Origin: a virus
Lineage: Duplodnaviria; Caudoviricetes
IMG/VR virus record: IMGVR_UViG_3300032335_001233
Coordinates: 32,001 to 96,000 of that record
Length of the DNA: 64,000 nucleotides
Strand: one strand, 5' to 3'
Under the pieces are notes generated by a model that saw only the letters and a program-made list of their open reading frames with translations, did no database searches and had not been told where the DNA came from. How positions within the stretch are numbered: position 1 is the stretch's first letter; each line of letters begins with the position of its first letter. Shown piece after piece: positions 47,620 to 56,802 of this stretch. Both the position numbers and the translations under genes were made by a program.

Positions 47620-48623
47620 TACTGTTTGTTTTGACGTGCGCGAATCATGGCCAAGATGTCCTGCGCATTGCTAGCAGACTTGGCCGCAGGGGCTTGCACT
47701 GGTGCCGACGCAGTGGCGCCATCGTCAGTGTCAAAAGGGGGATCGTCTTCACGAACAGCAGGCTTGGCAGCAGCCACTGGACGAGCCGCAGGCTTGGCTG
47801 CTTCGTCGGCTTCGTTTCCGGCTGCACCGCCTGGTGCTTGCACACCGGCTGGACGGAAGTATTGTCCCCAGCGTTCAGTGTCATAGGGCTGACCATCCAC
47901 CGAAGCTTCAAACATTTCCTTGATCACTCGCAATTCCACGTCAGTGGGCTTCTTGGGCAAGAATGTGTTCAAGTCAAACAACTCGTGTTTGTTGATGGCT
48001 TCCAGTTCAGTTTCGGTCAAAGCCGACTCTTTTCTGGCCCATGAGCTGGTGTTGTAGTCAGCAAAGCCGCCTTTGGCAGTCTTGGTGATACGGAAGTCCA
48101 AGCCACGCAAGTAGTCAGTGGGGATTTCCTCAATTTCGGTATCCATCAAAGCAGCCTTGATGATGGTAAAGATCTGCGGTCCAATGATGAAACGTCGAAT
48201 TGGGTTTTCTGGGGACTTGTCATCGCTGAGAGGATTCTGACGAACCAAGCCCTGCATGATGTAGCTGCGTTTTTTCCAATACTTGCGACCCATTTCTTCA
48301 AGGCTCTTGTCCTTGAACCAGGTACGCACTTCGGCCAAGATAGGGCAAGCTTCGCCCCACATTTCCACACATGGCACTTGTACCATGACTTGTTTGCTTT
48401 CCATTTCGCCCTTGATGCCGTTGAACGGCAAGCGAATCATGGCTCGCTCCACCCAGAAAAAGGTGTTCTTGTTGTTGCCATCGGGGAGGAAGCGCACAGT
48501 GGCCGATTGGCCTTCTTCCATGTTCCAGTGCGGGTAGATTGAATTATCACCGCCTGTTGATTGACCGCCTTGTTTGTTTTCAGCTGCCTGTAGTCGTGCT
48601 CGAATTTCTGCTAAAGATGCCAT
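47619..48623 (-). CDS. Single-stranded DNA-binding protein (T4 gp32-like)
   Basis: VRFLPD, PC.E..G..CP, F.I.K..KGG.ADY..S. Confidence 0.9.
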   Translation of the reverse strand: MASLAEIRARLQAAENKQGGQSTGGDNSIYPHWNMEEGQSATVRFLPDGNNKNTFFWVERAMIRLPFNGIKGEMESKQVMVQVPCVEMWGEACPILAEVRTWFKDKSLEEMGRKYWKKRSYIMQGLVRQNPLSDDKSPENPIRRFIIGPQIFTIIKAALMDTEIEEIPTDYLRGLDFRITKTAKGGFADYNTSSWARKESALTETELEAINKHELFDLNTFLPKKPTDVELRVIKEMFEASVDGQPYDTERWGQYFRPAGVQAPGGAAGNEADEAAKPAARPVAAAKPAVREDDPPFDTDDGATASAPVQAPAAKSASNAQDILAMIRARQNKQ

Positions 48624-48760
48624 AGTAATTTCTCCTGTAAGTTGCCTATGTTTATGTTGCCTATCTAATTGCTTAGATCAAAGTTGCCTGTGACACTAAG
48701 GAAAAAGCGCATACACCACAGTAGTATATGCGCCTTTGTACTCTGTGTCAAGAGTATTTA
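48624..48760 (-). promoter_or_regulatory. SSB leader: sigma70 and late promoters, three AGGCAAC repeats, GCAA-tetraloop hairpin
   Basis: TTGACA-17-TATACT (48723-51); TAAATA (48755-60); repeats at 48641, 48656 and 48683; ATCTAA-GCAA-TTAGAT at 48663-78. Confidence 0.75.
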
Positions 48761-48764
48761 TGAA

Positions 48765-50501
48765 TTACTTTGCCAAAGCCAATTTTTTCAAGTGATTCAA
48801 TTCGCTTTCGTAAAAGCTGTCGGTCACAGCACCACGATGGTCCATGGGATTGGTTGAGTCTTCGGCCACACCTTGATCCGTGCTATGGCCGTAATCTTGT
48901 TCTATGCGATCTACCACAATGTCAAGAATCTGTTCAAAATCATCATCAGGGTGTAACCTGTGGTCTCTGGCCACGTCGTCATACATATCCTGCAACACCA
49001 TGGCCACATATTCTTGAGCTCCGCCTCGAGGATGATTCATGACATCATAGGCATCCACTTCGCCGTCAAGGATTTGATCAAAAACCTGTCGCTTGTAATC
49101 AGCTTGCATGCCTTCTTCCATGGGAGCCACAGCACCAGCCACAGTGCCGCCCATGCTTTCCATGTAGTTGCCACACTCTTTCAATCCATGAACTGGGCAG
49201 CTCATGCCTTCGGCAGTCATGTTGCAGGTGCCTTCAGAAAGTGATTTGTCTGGTGAATTCTGATCTTGGTTGGGTCTAAGATTTTCCAGTCCCAGTTCAG
49301 ATACACGTTTCCAAACCTGGTCGTTGTCCCAGATATTGGCGTCAGGATCTTCCTGAGCAATGGCACCAATGATATCAAACAACTGATCATCACCAATCAA
49401 ATCGTACAGTTGTTCTGTGGCATTGGTCCCGTCGGGGCCAGCCATCAAGGGTTGACTCATGAGTTCTTTCAACCTCTGTTGGTCTTCGTCGGTTTCGGGC
49501 AAAGCCCAAGTGCCTTCACCTAGATTGGCTATCCAGTTTTCAAAAATTTCTACTTCTTTCATGTTGGATCCTTGTTGTATACGTGCCAGCAGCGGCAAGG
49601 CAGCTTCAATTCTATCGTCAATGCGTTGTTCTACAAACAAAGCCTTGATATTTTCTACCAATGCTTCTTGTGGTTGTACCTGTGCTGGGTGCCAGGTTTC
49701 AAAATAAGCAGCATAGCCACGTGGGTTAGCCATGTGTTGTAAGTTGTGTCTCACATCAGCGTAATAGGCATCAACTTGTTCTACTAGATCTTGTGTGACA
49801 CCTTCGGTTACACGATTGTGTGCAGCACGACGGAATCGACTCAGTACCTTGAGTTCAGTGACCATTTCAGTGATGTGATTGCCGCGGATGTCATAGGGCC
49901 TGCCGCCTTGACGCACATGTTCCAGCATGGCACGACCGGCCATGAGATTCACAAACGGTAACTTGAAACGTTCACCTTCTGCGGTCTCAATAAACAAGCT
50001 GTCCACATGTCGATGTCTGGCATCAGTTTCACTGAGTCTACGACTGTGCTTGATCATGAGTCTGGCTTCGGTGGCCTGTCCATGATAGCTGACTTGGCGT
50101 GTGCCATAGTAGCCTTCAAACAGGCCTTCTTTGATGGCGGCCAACCCACTCTGCACATGTTTGAGTCGGCTAATGTCTGTGGGAGTCACAGTCCAGCGAC
50201 GTCGATGTGCAAAGTCTCTTAGGTGATGTTGAAAATCAAAAAACGCTTCACGATCTTCGGCATTGTCCATGGCACGACCAAGGTTGTCGCCGTACATGAT
50301 TTGCATGTCGTTTTCGGCGCCCAGTACAATGACCATGGTGCCGTAGTTTTTGCCCGACGGGCTGCGGTAGTCAAAACTAAAGATCTTGGCTTCATCGGGC
50401 TCATTAACCGGTTGCCCATTGGCACCCAGCATTGAAGACTCAAAATTCTGTGTGACCAGGAGATCTTGCAGTTGACTGGCGATGTTGTTGTCTTTTGCCA
50501 T
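48765..50501 (-). CDS. Modular internal head/structural protein
   Basis: Multiple hydrophobic-x-E^G/S motifs, CN...CPVHG..EC module; TAAATA 7 nt upstream. Confidence 0.6.
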   Translation of the reverse strand: MAKDNNIASQLQDLLVTQNFESSMLGANGQPVNEPDEAKIFSFDYRSPSGKNYGTMVIVLGAENDMQIMYGDNLGRAMDNAEDREAFFDFQHHLRDFAHRRRWTVTPTDISRLKHVQSGLAAIKEGLFEGYYGTRQVSYHGQATEARLMIKHSRRLSETDARHRHVDSLFIETAEGERFKLPFVNLMAGRAMLEHVRQGGRPYDIRGNHITEMVTELKVLSRFRRAAHNRVTEGVTQDLVEQVDAYYADVRHNLQHMANPRGYAAYFETWHPAQVQPQEALVENIKALFVEQRIDDRIEAALPLLARIQQGSNMKEVEIFENWIANLGEGTWALPETDEDQQRLKELMSQPLMAGPDGTNATEQLYDLIGDDQLFDIIGAIAQEDPDANIWDNDQVWKRVSELGLENLRPNQDQNSPDKSLSEGTCNMTAEGMSCPVHGLKECGNYMESMGGTVAGAVAPMEEGMQADYKRQVFDQILDGEVDAYDVMNHPRGGAQEYVAMVLQDMYDDVARDHRLHPDDDFEQILDIVVDRIEQDYGHSTDQGVAEDSTNPMDHRGAVTDSFYESELNHLKKLALAK

Positions 50502-50511
50502 AGTGTAGTAT

Positions 50512-52098
50512 TTAGCGCATGATGCTGATGAACGGCATGGGTTCAATCACGTTGTCTGAGTGATCCTTGAGGTGTCGGTCAAGATCGGCGTGATAAGTCT
50601 GCAACAGCATCAACATGCGTGTGGCCAGCAGTCCTGACATCACTAGATCGTCAGTTTCGCCAGGTTTGGCAGCATAACTGGAGCCGTTGGCCACAAAGGT
50701 CTTGAGCTCGCTGAGAAATAAACGACTGTTGATGCGCATGCGACCAGATTCTACCAAGACTTTGAACTTGTTGCAGGCCGTGATCTTGGCTTTGTTGGTG
50801 GTGTTGAAACCTTTGCGGAATCTGCGGCCTGTAGTACCCGTCACCGAGTTGTCGCTGAGAAAATAGCCTTGTATACGGTCTTCTCCGTATTCAGTGATTG
50901 AAATTAGGGCTGCTTCACCAATGGTATTGTTTTCCACACTGTAGTAAATGCTTTTTTCGTCTCGCACCACAGCATAGAGCTCATTCACAATTTCAGCCAT
51001 GATTTTGATTTGATTGGGAATGTCAGTTCGATTGTGACGCCACTCGGCCACTTGAATTGTGGTGTCAGCTTCAAATACCTGTATGGCAGCAGGATCACCG
51101 CCAGTGCCCAAGCTGGGATCAAGAGCCACAATGTAAATTTTGCCAGGTTCGGGCTCTTTGTACCAGCGCACTTGTCCGCTCTTGCGTATGGGGTCACGTC
51201 CTTCCAGTTCCAAGAGCTTGACCGGACTGATCAGGGTCTCGTCGTTGATCACAAACTCACAGTCCATCTCGCGACGAAAACGTTCTTCGCCCAGCTGAGC
51301 ACGCTGCTCCTCGGCCCAGGTTTCGTCACGATCAGGGTGCTCTCGCCAGTAGGCTCGATACGCACGGAATCCGTTGATGCCCAGGCCATTGGGTCTGGGA
51401 TTGCCATACTCGTCTTCTACTTTGTTGGCGCCTTTCCAGATGTAGGCAAATTGGTCTTCGTCTGAGTTGGGAGTTGAAGTGATAATGGCCTTACCGCCTG
51501 TGGCCAAGGTGGGCGAAATTGAAGTCCAAAATTCCTTGGCAATGGTAGGCCGCACAAACGCAAACTCGTCTGCGTACAGCAGCGAGATAGACATACCTCG
51601 GCCAGTGTTTTCAGTTGTGGTGGCCGACACAATTCTTGAGCCGTTGTCAAACTCCAAACTGCCTTTGTTGTAGCTCACGGCACCAGCACGAATGTGATTA
51701 GGGCACAGTTCGTAGGCAAAGCGAATACGCTGCATGATTTCCTGAGCACCGGTGTACTTGTGCGCAGCAATTAGAATTGTACTGTCTGGAACAAACATAG
51801 CATACCACAGCAGGTAGCCCCCTGCCGATGTTGACTTGCCGGTTTGTCGAGGCATGAGACTGATGGAGTAACGATAGTTGTGATAGGTCTCGATCAGTCG
51901 GCGTTGGTACTCAAACGGATGATACACCATTTTGCCACGAGTGGGATGCTGGATCCAAAAGTAGTTGTCCATGAAGTACATGGGCCCCGTGACAGGATCA
52001 GCACACAACGAAAACTCCAAGAGCTCTTGGTCAGTGTATGTTTCTCTACGGTGCGGTGCTTTGACCAGCACTGTGTCTAGTGTACCTGGTTTGATCAT
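50512..52098 (-). CDS. terL: Terminase large subunit (gp17-like)
   Basis: PRQTGKS, GRG, YADEFAFV, ITSTPN, LDPSLG, DDLV. Confidence 0.95.
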   Translation of the reverse strand: MIKPGTLDTVLVKAPHRRETYTDQELLEFSLCADPVTGPMYFMDNYFWIQHPTRGKMVYHPFEYQRRLIETYHNYRYSISLMPRQTGKSTSAGGYLLWYAMFVPDSTILIAAHKYTGAQEIMQRIRFAYELCPNHIRAGAVSYNKGSLEFDNGSRIVSATTTENTGRGMSISLLYADEFAFVRPTIAKEFWTSISPTLATGGKAIITSTPNSDEDQFAYIWKGANKVEDEYGNPRPNGLGINGFRAYRAYWREHPDRDETWAEEQRAQLGEERFRREMDCEFVINDETLISPVKLLELEGRDPIRKSGQVRWYKEPEPGKIYIVALDPSLGTGGDPAAIQVFEADTTIQVAEWRHNRTDIPNQIKIMAEIVNELYAVVRDEKSIYYSVENNTIGEAALISITEYGEDRIQGYFLSDNSVTGTTGRRFRKGFNTTNKAKITACNKFKVLVESGRMRINSRLFLSELKTFVANGSSYAAKPGETDDLVMSGLLATRMLMLLQTYHADLDRHLKDHSDNVIEPMPFISIMR

Positions 52099-52652
52099 AA
52101 AAAATTCAACAGTGTGTAACTGGTGACCCTAAATTCATTGTCAGCCACGGCCACAGGCATATCGTGCCACAGGCCTGGTTCATTCATACTGCCTGTGGTG
52201 TTGACCATGACATAGCCGTTGTTGGGTTCAAACCTACTGACAAATCTTGTTTGTGTGCGGTGTTGATCTTGATAGAATTGTGTGCTGAGATTTTTTCGAC
52301 CGTGCCAAGCCAGCTGTATGGCTCCGGGCAATGTACCATCAGTGTGCAATCCGCATGTAAACCCTGGCATGTCTACCCAAAAATACGTATAGGCTGGATT
52401 GTATTTCAACAAGGGTCTACGCAGCGCCATGCTGAGCCGAAACCAAAATTTTTGAGTCTGTTCGGTCCACAGCTTTTCCCAAGGCATTTGTGTTAGATCA
52501 ATTCTGCGCCGAGCCCAAGTTTCTTGATTCAACTGCAATTGCCACGGTATGTCCAGCCAAGGTGTGGCAACAATCTGTTCCACTAGGTCCGGACTGTACA
52601 CATCGCCAATGTCAAAGAGATTGGGCGTTTGATCTACTGCTGAAATTCGCAT
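52095..52652 (-). CDS. 2OG-Fe(II) oxygenase-like protein
   Basis: LHTD...WH...R.T.Y motifs. Confidence 0.75.
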   Translation of the reverse strand: MRISAVDQTPNLFDIGDVYSPDLVEQIVATPWLDIPWQLQLNQETWARRRIDLTQMPWEKLWTEQTQKFWFRLSMALRRPLLKYNPAYTYFWVDMPGFTCGLHTDGTLPGAIQLAWHGRKNLSTQFYQDQHRTQTRFVSRFEPNNGYVMVNTTGSMNEPGLWHDMPVAVADNEFRVTSYTLLNFL

Positions 52653-53773
52653 GCAGTATTTAATTCAGGCCATAGTTGAGCAAATTGCCCAGCACTGACA
52701 GTGTGATAGGTTTTTTCAATCTTGTCAGTGTGCTCACGCAGTTGTGTTCGCAAATCGTCGCGTGGTGCTGCAATGTTTGACTGCACAGTTTGAAAGAACT
52801 GCCGCTCGCTGTCCATGCAGATGTCCAGTGCCAACAAACGATCAATTTCTTGTTGTGCAAGTTGTTTGACTGAATCTCCCAGACGCTGTGGATCCAAGCA
52901 CTCGGGTTGATACAAGCTCTGCCAGTGTATAGTCAAACCACGTTCACGAGCAAACTCAGTGAGTTCTACCAAGCGTGTGGCATTGTACAAGTTGTACACA
53001 GCATGAATGCCGCCCCAGTGTTGACCGCTCTGCATCAAGGGACGCAACACATCGAGATTGGCCAACAGTTGCTGCCAGTCAGCACCGTGACGCACATATT
53101 CAAATCTTTTGCCCACGTTGTCAAAGCTGAGACTCCAGCCCACACGATTGCGTTTGAGCAGTTTTTGCACAATGCGATTTGAAGCAAAGTCCACAGCCAC
53201 GTTGGTGATCAAGGTAACCACACAGTCTTCAGGTATGACATCCAGCAGCCGATCATTTTCTGGCAGTAGAAGTGGCTCGCCGCCCACCAGTGCAACTTCG
53301 CGAATGTTTTCACGATGCTGGTCAAGGTAGTCACACACCGCTTCGTAGTAGGGCCTGGCACCTGACTTTACGGGTATACCTTTGAGTGCTGCCCATTTGG
53401 AACTGCAGGCTTCAGCACAGTAGTTGCACGAGAGATTGCAGGTGGTGTTCCAGCGCACATCAATCAAGGTGGGTCTATGTTCGGTGTCTGATGCCTGTGT
53501 ACAATCAAATTCAGGACTGACATTGTTGTGCCAGTCTCGTTCGCTGCGACCATAGCGCTCGGCCTGCACACAGTTGTAGCAGTATTTGTGTGGTTGCCCC
53601 TGGCGTATGCTCTGACGTATTTCCTGCATAACAGGGCCATGCAAGATTTCCTCAATGCTGTGAGTGTTGAGATTGCCCAACATGTTGGGATCGCCAGCAC
53701 AGCAGGTTTTTACATCGCCCCGGGGATTGATATGCAAGCCGCGCCAGGGTGCGGCACAATAAAATTCACTCAT
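52634..53773 (-). CDS. Radical SAM enzyme with N-terminal SPASM/twitch-like domain
   Basis: CAAPW..CC..CYNC; CNLSCNYC; GGEP. Confidence 0.9.
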   Translation of the reverse strand: MSEFYCAAPWRGLHINPRGDVKTCCAGDPNMLGNLNTHSIEEILHGPVMQEIRQSIRQGQPHKYCYNCVQAERYGRSERDWHNNVSPEFDCTQASDTEHRPTLIDVRWNTTCNLSCNYCAEACSSKWAALKGIPVKSGARPYYEAVCDYLDQHRENIREVALVGGEPLLLPENDRLLDVIPEDCVVTLITNVAVDFASNRIVQKLLKRNRVGWSLSFDNVGKRFEYVRHGADWQQLLANLDVLRPLMQSGQHWGGIHAVYNLYNATRLVELTEFARERGLTIHWQSLYQPECLDPQRLGDSVKQLAQQEIDRLLALDICMDSERQFFQTVQSNIAAPRDDLRTQLREHTDKIEKTYHTVSAGQFAQLWPELNTACEFQQ

Positions 53774-53790
53774 GCCAATATTTAACTGCG

Positions 53791-54525
53791 TTAGATTGGT
53801 GAGCAGTTAATTGGCAATGGTGGGACTGCTCCGTTTCTAAACGGATGGTCCAAAACATGCAACCCGTAGAAATTGTTAAGATTCCAGCAGCGGTGTTTTG
53901 ATTCAAACTTTCTCAAATCATGTTGCTGATTGAATTCGTTGATGGCCAATTCAGCACCGCACCAGGGATTCATGGTAATGTGAGTGTTGGCATCATCAAC
54001 ATGCACCAGCACTGTGGGCAGATAGCGGTCAGCTGGCATTTTGAAAATTTGCAAAGCCGACACAGTGCTGGAGTAGAGATCAAGATCCAAACTCACAAAA
54101 GCCAATTTGGCATTGCTCCACTGACTGACAAACTCTGGCACCGTTTGTTTGACATCTCCAAATATCACTCTAGTGTCGTTGCAGCGACTGGCATATTCAC
54201 CCGCTTGCCAAATTTCAGGATGATCACGATGATCCTGGGCCAGGGGTAGTCCAGATCCAGTGTCAAAGCCTGTGATTTCTACTGTGACTTGAAATCGCGG
54301 AGCAAATTCATTTGCATACTGATCTAGTGCTGTGATACCACGGCCTGATGCTACACCAAATTCAATCACAGAAATTTTTTCATAGCCGCACAGTTTGGCC
54401 TGCCACAGCGCCTGCACCATCAATATGCCATAGTTGGCATGACTGTGTTGATAGAAATTTTGTCTTATGTCTTGAACACACTGTCTGGCCAAGGATTCAA
54501 TTTCTTGACTGTGTGTGTTCATCAT
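53791..54525 (-). CDS. TylF/macrocin-O-methyltransferase-like protein
   Basis: EFGVASG, GFDTGSGLP, GD...TVP, DLDLYSST, DD. Confidence 0.8.
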   Translation of the reverse strand: MMNTHSQEIESLARQCVQDIRQNFYQHSHANYGILMVQALWQAKLCGYEKISVIEFGVASGRGITALDQYANEFAPRFQVTVEITGFDTGSGLPLAQDHRDHPEIWQAGEYASRCNDTRVIFGDVKQTVPEFVSQWSNAKLAFVSLDLDLYSSTVSALQIFKMPADRYLPTVLVHVDDANTHITMNPWCGAELAINEFNQQHDLRKFESKHRCWNLNNFYGLHVLDHPFRNGAVPPLPINCSPI

Positions 54526-54956
54526 TGACACCAAGATGTTTTGGCTTCGCCAAAGTATTCACGGGCAAAACCATTGGCAATCAGGCCTTGACGTAGACTA
54601 CGACCATCTAGAATGATGTCACCCAGCACACGACCACCAAATTTGTCCCAATTGTATAATGTGACCTGTCGTTTTTGGCTGGCTGCAATTGCATTTTTGG
54701 TAAATTCAGTGGCTGCTAGCCCGCGAGCATTTTCCTGTGGGCACTGGGCACGGTGTCCTTTTTCTGGAGTGTCAACACCGTAGATTCTCACAGCCAGTTC
54801 AGGCTTGAGTGGTGCAGGTAAGAATGGTGCTGAGATCACCACAGTGTCTCCGTCGTTGATGCGAACAATTTGTGCGTCATAGGTTGCACCTTGTGGTGTT
54901 TTTTGTGCCATGACCAAACATGGAATCAGGAGCAGAGAGAGTAGTAGTTTTTTCAT
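54522..54956 (-). CDS. Staphylococcal-nuclease (thermonuclease) homolog with signal peptide
   Basis: MKKLLLSLLL; DGDT, VRIYGVDTPE, DKFGGRVLG. Confidence 0.92.
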   Translation of the reverse strand: MKKLLLSLLLIPCLVMAQKTPQGATYDAQIVRINDGDTVVISAPFLPAPLKPELAVRIYGVDTPEKGHRAQCPQENARGLAATEFTKNAIAASQKRQVTLYNWDKFGGRVLGDIILDGRSLRQGLIANGFAREYFGEAKTSWCQ

Positions 54957-54957
54957 A

Positions 54958-55566
54958 TTATGCTATTTGATATGTGCCCGAAAGATCAAAATGTGCGCCC
55001 GATTGCCAGGCGCCTGTGGCCGGAGTGTTGAATTTCCAAACTAGATCGGTAGTGCTACCAGAATAATACAGTTTCATAACTGTGGTGCTGTCAATGACAT
55101 CTGTGATTCCGGCAATATGGTATAAGGCAGGAGAACCAGCACCGGCTGTTTGATGCAGGCTGCCTCCGGCCAGTCTAAATGTGTTTATTGCGGGGGTGGG
55201 CAGTGTAATCTGATATCCTGTGCTGCCAAAGTTGGTAACTCCTGTAAAATCCACATACACATGTATATACATCAGCGGACCCATACGCACATAAGATGCT
55301 GTAGCAGTGCCGCCGGCAAATGTGCCCGATCCGTCAGTGAACTGTGGGTTGAATGTTGTGGTGCTGGTAACGCCAGATCCGTATGCTACTAAATTTAAAT
55401 TTCCGTTGACGTTGCCCACATAGATATCTTGTGTGAGTTGGTTGACTACTAATTCACTTGGGCGAGCAACACCATTGTAATCGCCAATGGTTTCTTGTGC
55501 GTTGTCTTTCATTACAGCACGGCTTATGCCCGTGATGTTGTCATATGGTGGTGGTGGATTGGCCAT
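54958..55566 (-). CDS. Fibre-like structural protein
   Basis: Start set at MANPPPPY; GT...Y.R.G..V..ITLP receptor-binding-type C-terminus. Confidence 0.65.
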   Translation of the reverse strand: MANPPPPYDNITGISRAVMKDNAQETIGDYNGVARPSELVVNQLTQDIYVGNVNGNLNLVAYGSGVTSTTTFNPQFTDGSGTFAGGTATASYVRMGPLMYIHVYVDFTGVTNFGSTGYQITLPTPAINTFRLAGGSLHQTAGAGSPALYHIAGITDVIDSTTVMKLYYSGSTTDLVWKFNTPATGAWQSGAHFDLSGTYQIA

Positions 55567-55570
55567 GATA

Positions 55571-55951
55571 TTAATATCCTTTAAACGGCTTGACTGGACT
55601 TTGAACATCTACAAATGCAGGTTCTTCGCTGGCAGCAGTGCTGACTAGTTTTTTCCCACCAGGTGTTTTTGTCATTTTTAATGCTGCATCAATCACAGGA
55701 TCAACGTTGTTGTTGAATCCCACAATCACAGCATGCTCGCCAAACGCCGTTTCGGCTGACCAGTCAGGCATAGAGCGGTTTACATCGTTGGCTACTGAAT
55801 TACTCCTGGCACGGGCTATAGCAACACCAAAACGATAATTTTTATAAGGGTCGGCAGCACTCAGCCCTGGAAGCACAAAGGTGTTTTTCATAGGGTCGCG
55901 AGTTTCCGGAGGCAAATCTTTTTGTTCGCAAATAAATTCACGTGCTCGCAT
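55571..55951 (-). CDS. Probable internal head protein (MRAREF family)
   Basis: Paralog of the neighbouring gene. Confidence 0.65.
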   Translation of the reverse strand: MRAREFICEQKDLPPETRDPMKNTFVLPGLSAADPYKNYRFGVAIARARSNSVANDVNRSMPDWSAETAFGEHAVIVGFNNNVDPVIDAALKMTKTPGGKKLVSTAASEEPAFVDVQSPVKPFKGY

Positions 55952-56313
55952 CAGTAGCCCCCAAACGCTTTGATAGGACTTTGTAAGTGTACTGCTGGAT
56001 GTTCTTCACTGTCCATGTCGCCCTTGTTAAGGTCTGTGTACACCGCACCAGCGGCTTTGTACGCCATCTTCAACATGTCTTGTTCTTGTTTGGTATAAGG
56101 GTGCGCAGTTTTGTTTTTACCAACCCATGATTTTTCGTCCACGTCAGGCACAAACGTGCCGTCAGTGCAGGCAACAGCCATCATCACACGATTCAAGGTA
56201 TAATCAGTACTCCAGCGTTCGCCATCTCTAAATGTATTGAGCCCACGAGTAGCGGCTTGACGTCGTTTGCCAAGCTGGCCATCTTGTTCAATCACAAACT
56301 CGCGTGCTCGCAT
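55951..56313 (-). CDS. Probable internal head protein (MRAREF family)
   Basis: Shares MRAREF..EQ start and SEE...V..QSP...F.GY end. Confidence 0.65.
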   Translation of the reverse strand: MRAREFVIEQDGQLGKRRQAATRGLNTFRDGERWSTDYTLNRVMMAVACTDGTFVPDVDEKSWVGKNKTAHPYTKQEQDMLKMAYKAAGAVYTDLNKGDMDSEEHPAVHLQSPIKAFGGY

Positions 56314-56315
56314 GA

Positions 56316-56621
56316 TCAGTTGCCTTCAGTGGCCGAGCTAGCTGTGCCAATTTCAGTAGCAGTAAAGTTTGCACCAGTCACTGTTAGTTTGTTGCCGGCT
56401 CCCACGTAAGTTTCGAACACAGCGTTGGCTGGAACAGCTACTGCATTGCTGTAGAGATTTCCCACAGCATTGGCTATGGTCACAGGATTGCCGGTGCCAG
56501 GATCAGTACCAGTCACAGCTACGCCATACACATTGAATGTAACAGCAGTGTTGCCAGTGCTGATACTGACCTTGTCAGTATACCAAGTGGCATTGGCTAA
56601 GGAAGTATAAACGTTGGCCAT
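56316..56621 (-). CDS. Small structural protein
   Basis: T/A/N/V-rich beta composition. Confidence 0.6.
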   Translation of the reverse strand: MANVYTSLANATWYTDKVSISTGNTAVTFNVYGVAVTGTDPGTGNPVTIANAVGNLYSNAVAVPANAVFETYVGAGNKLTVTGANFTATEIGTASSATEGN

Positions 56622-56791
56622 TATTTGTTGTCCTTGTTGGGCTGGGTATTCACAGGCTGATACAGCTCACGTGATTGATACAGCACACCAGGAATATCAA
56701 CTGGTTGCTGTTTTACCGATGCTGGTGCTGGACTGTGTGGGTTACGTGGCACTGAATTTGCAGGCCAGTTGTCATAGGGTCTGTATACCAT
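56621..56791 (-). CDS. Small hypothetical protein
   Basis: Start set at MVYRPYD after AAGGAG RBS. Confidence 0.55.
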   Translation of the reverse strand: MVYRPYDNWPANSVPRNPHSPAPASVKQQPVDIPGVLYQSRELYQPVNTQPNKDNK

Positions 56792-56802
56792 GTTGTGTCT
56801 CC

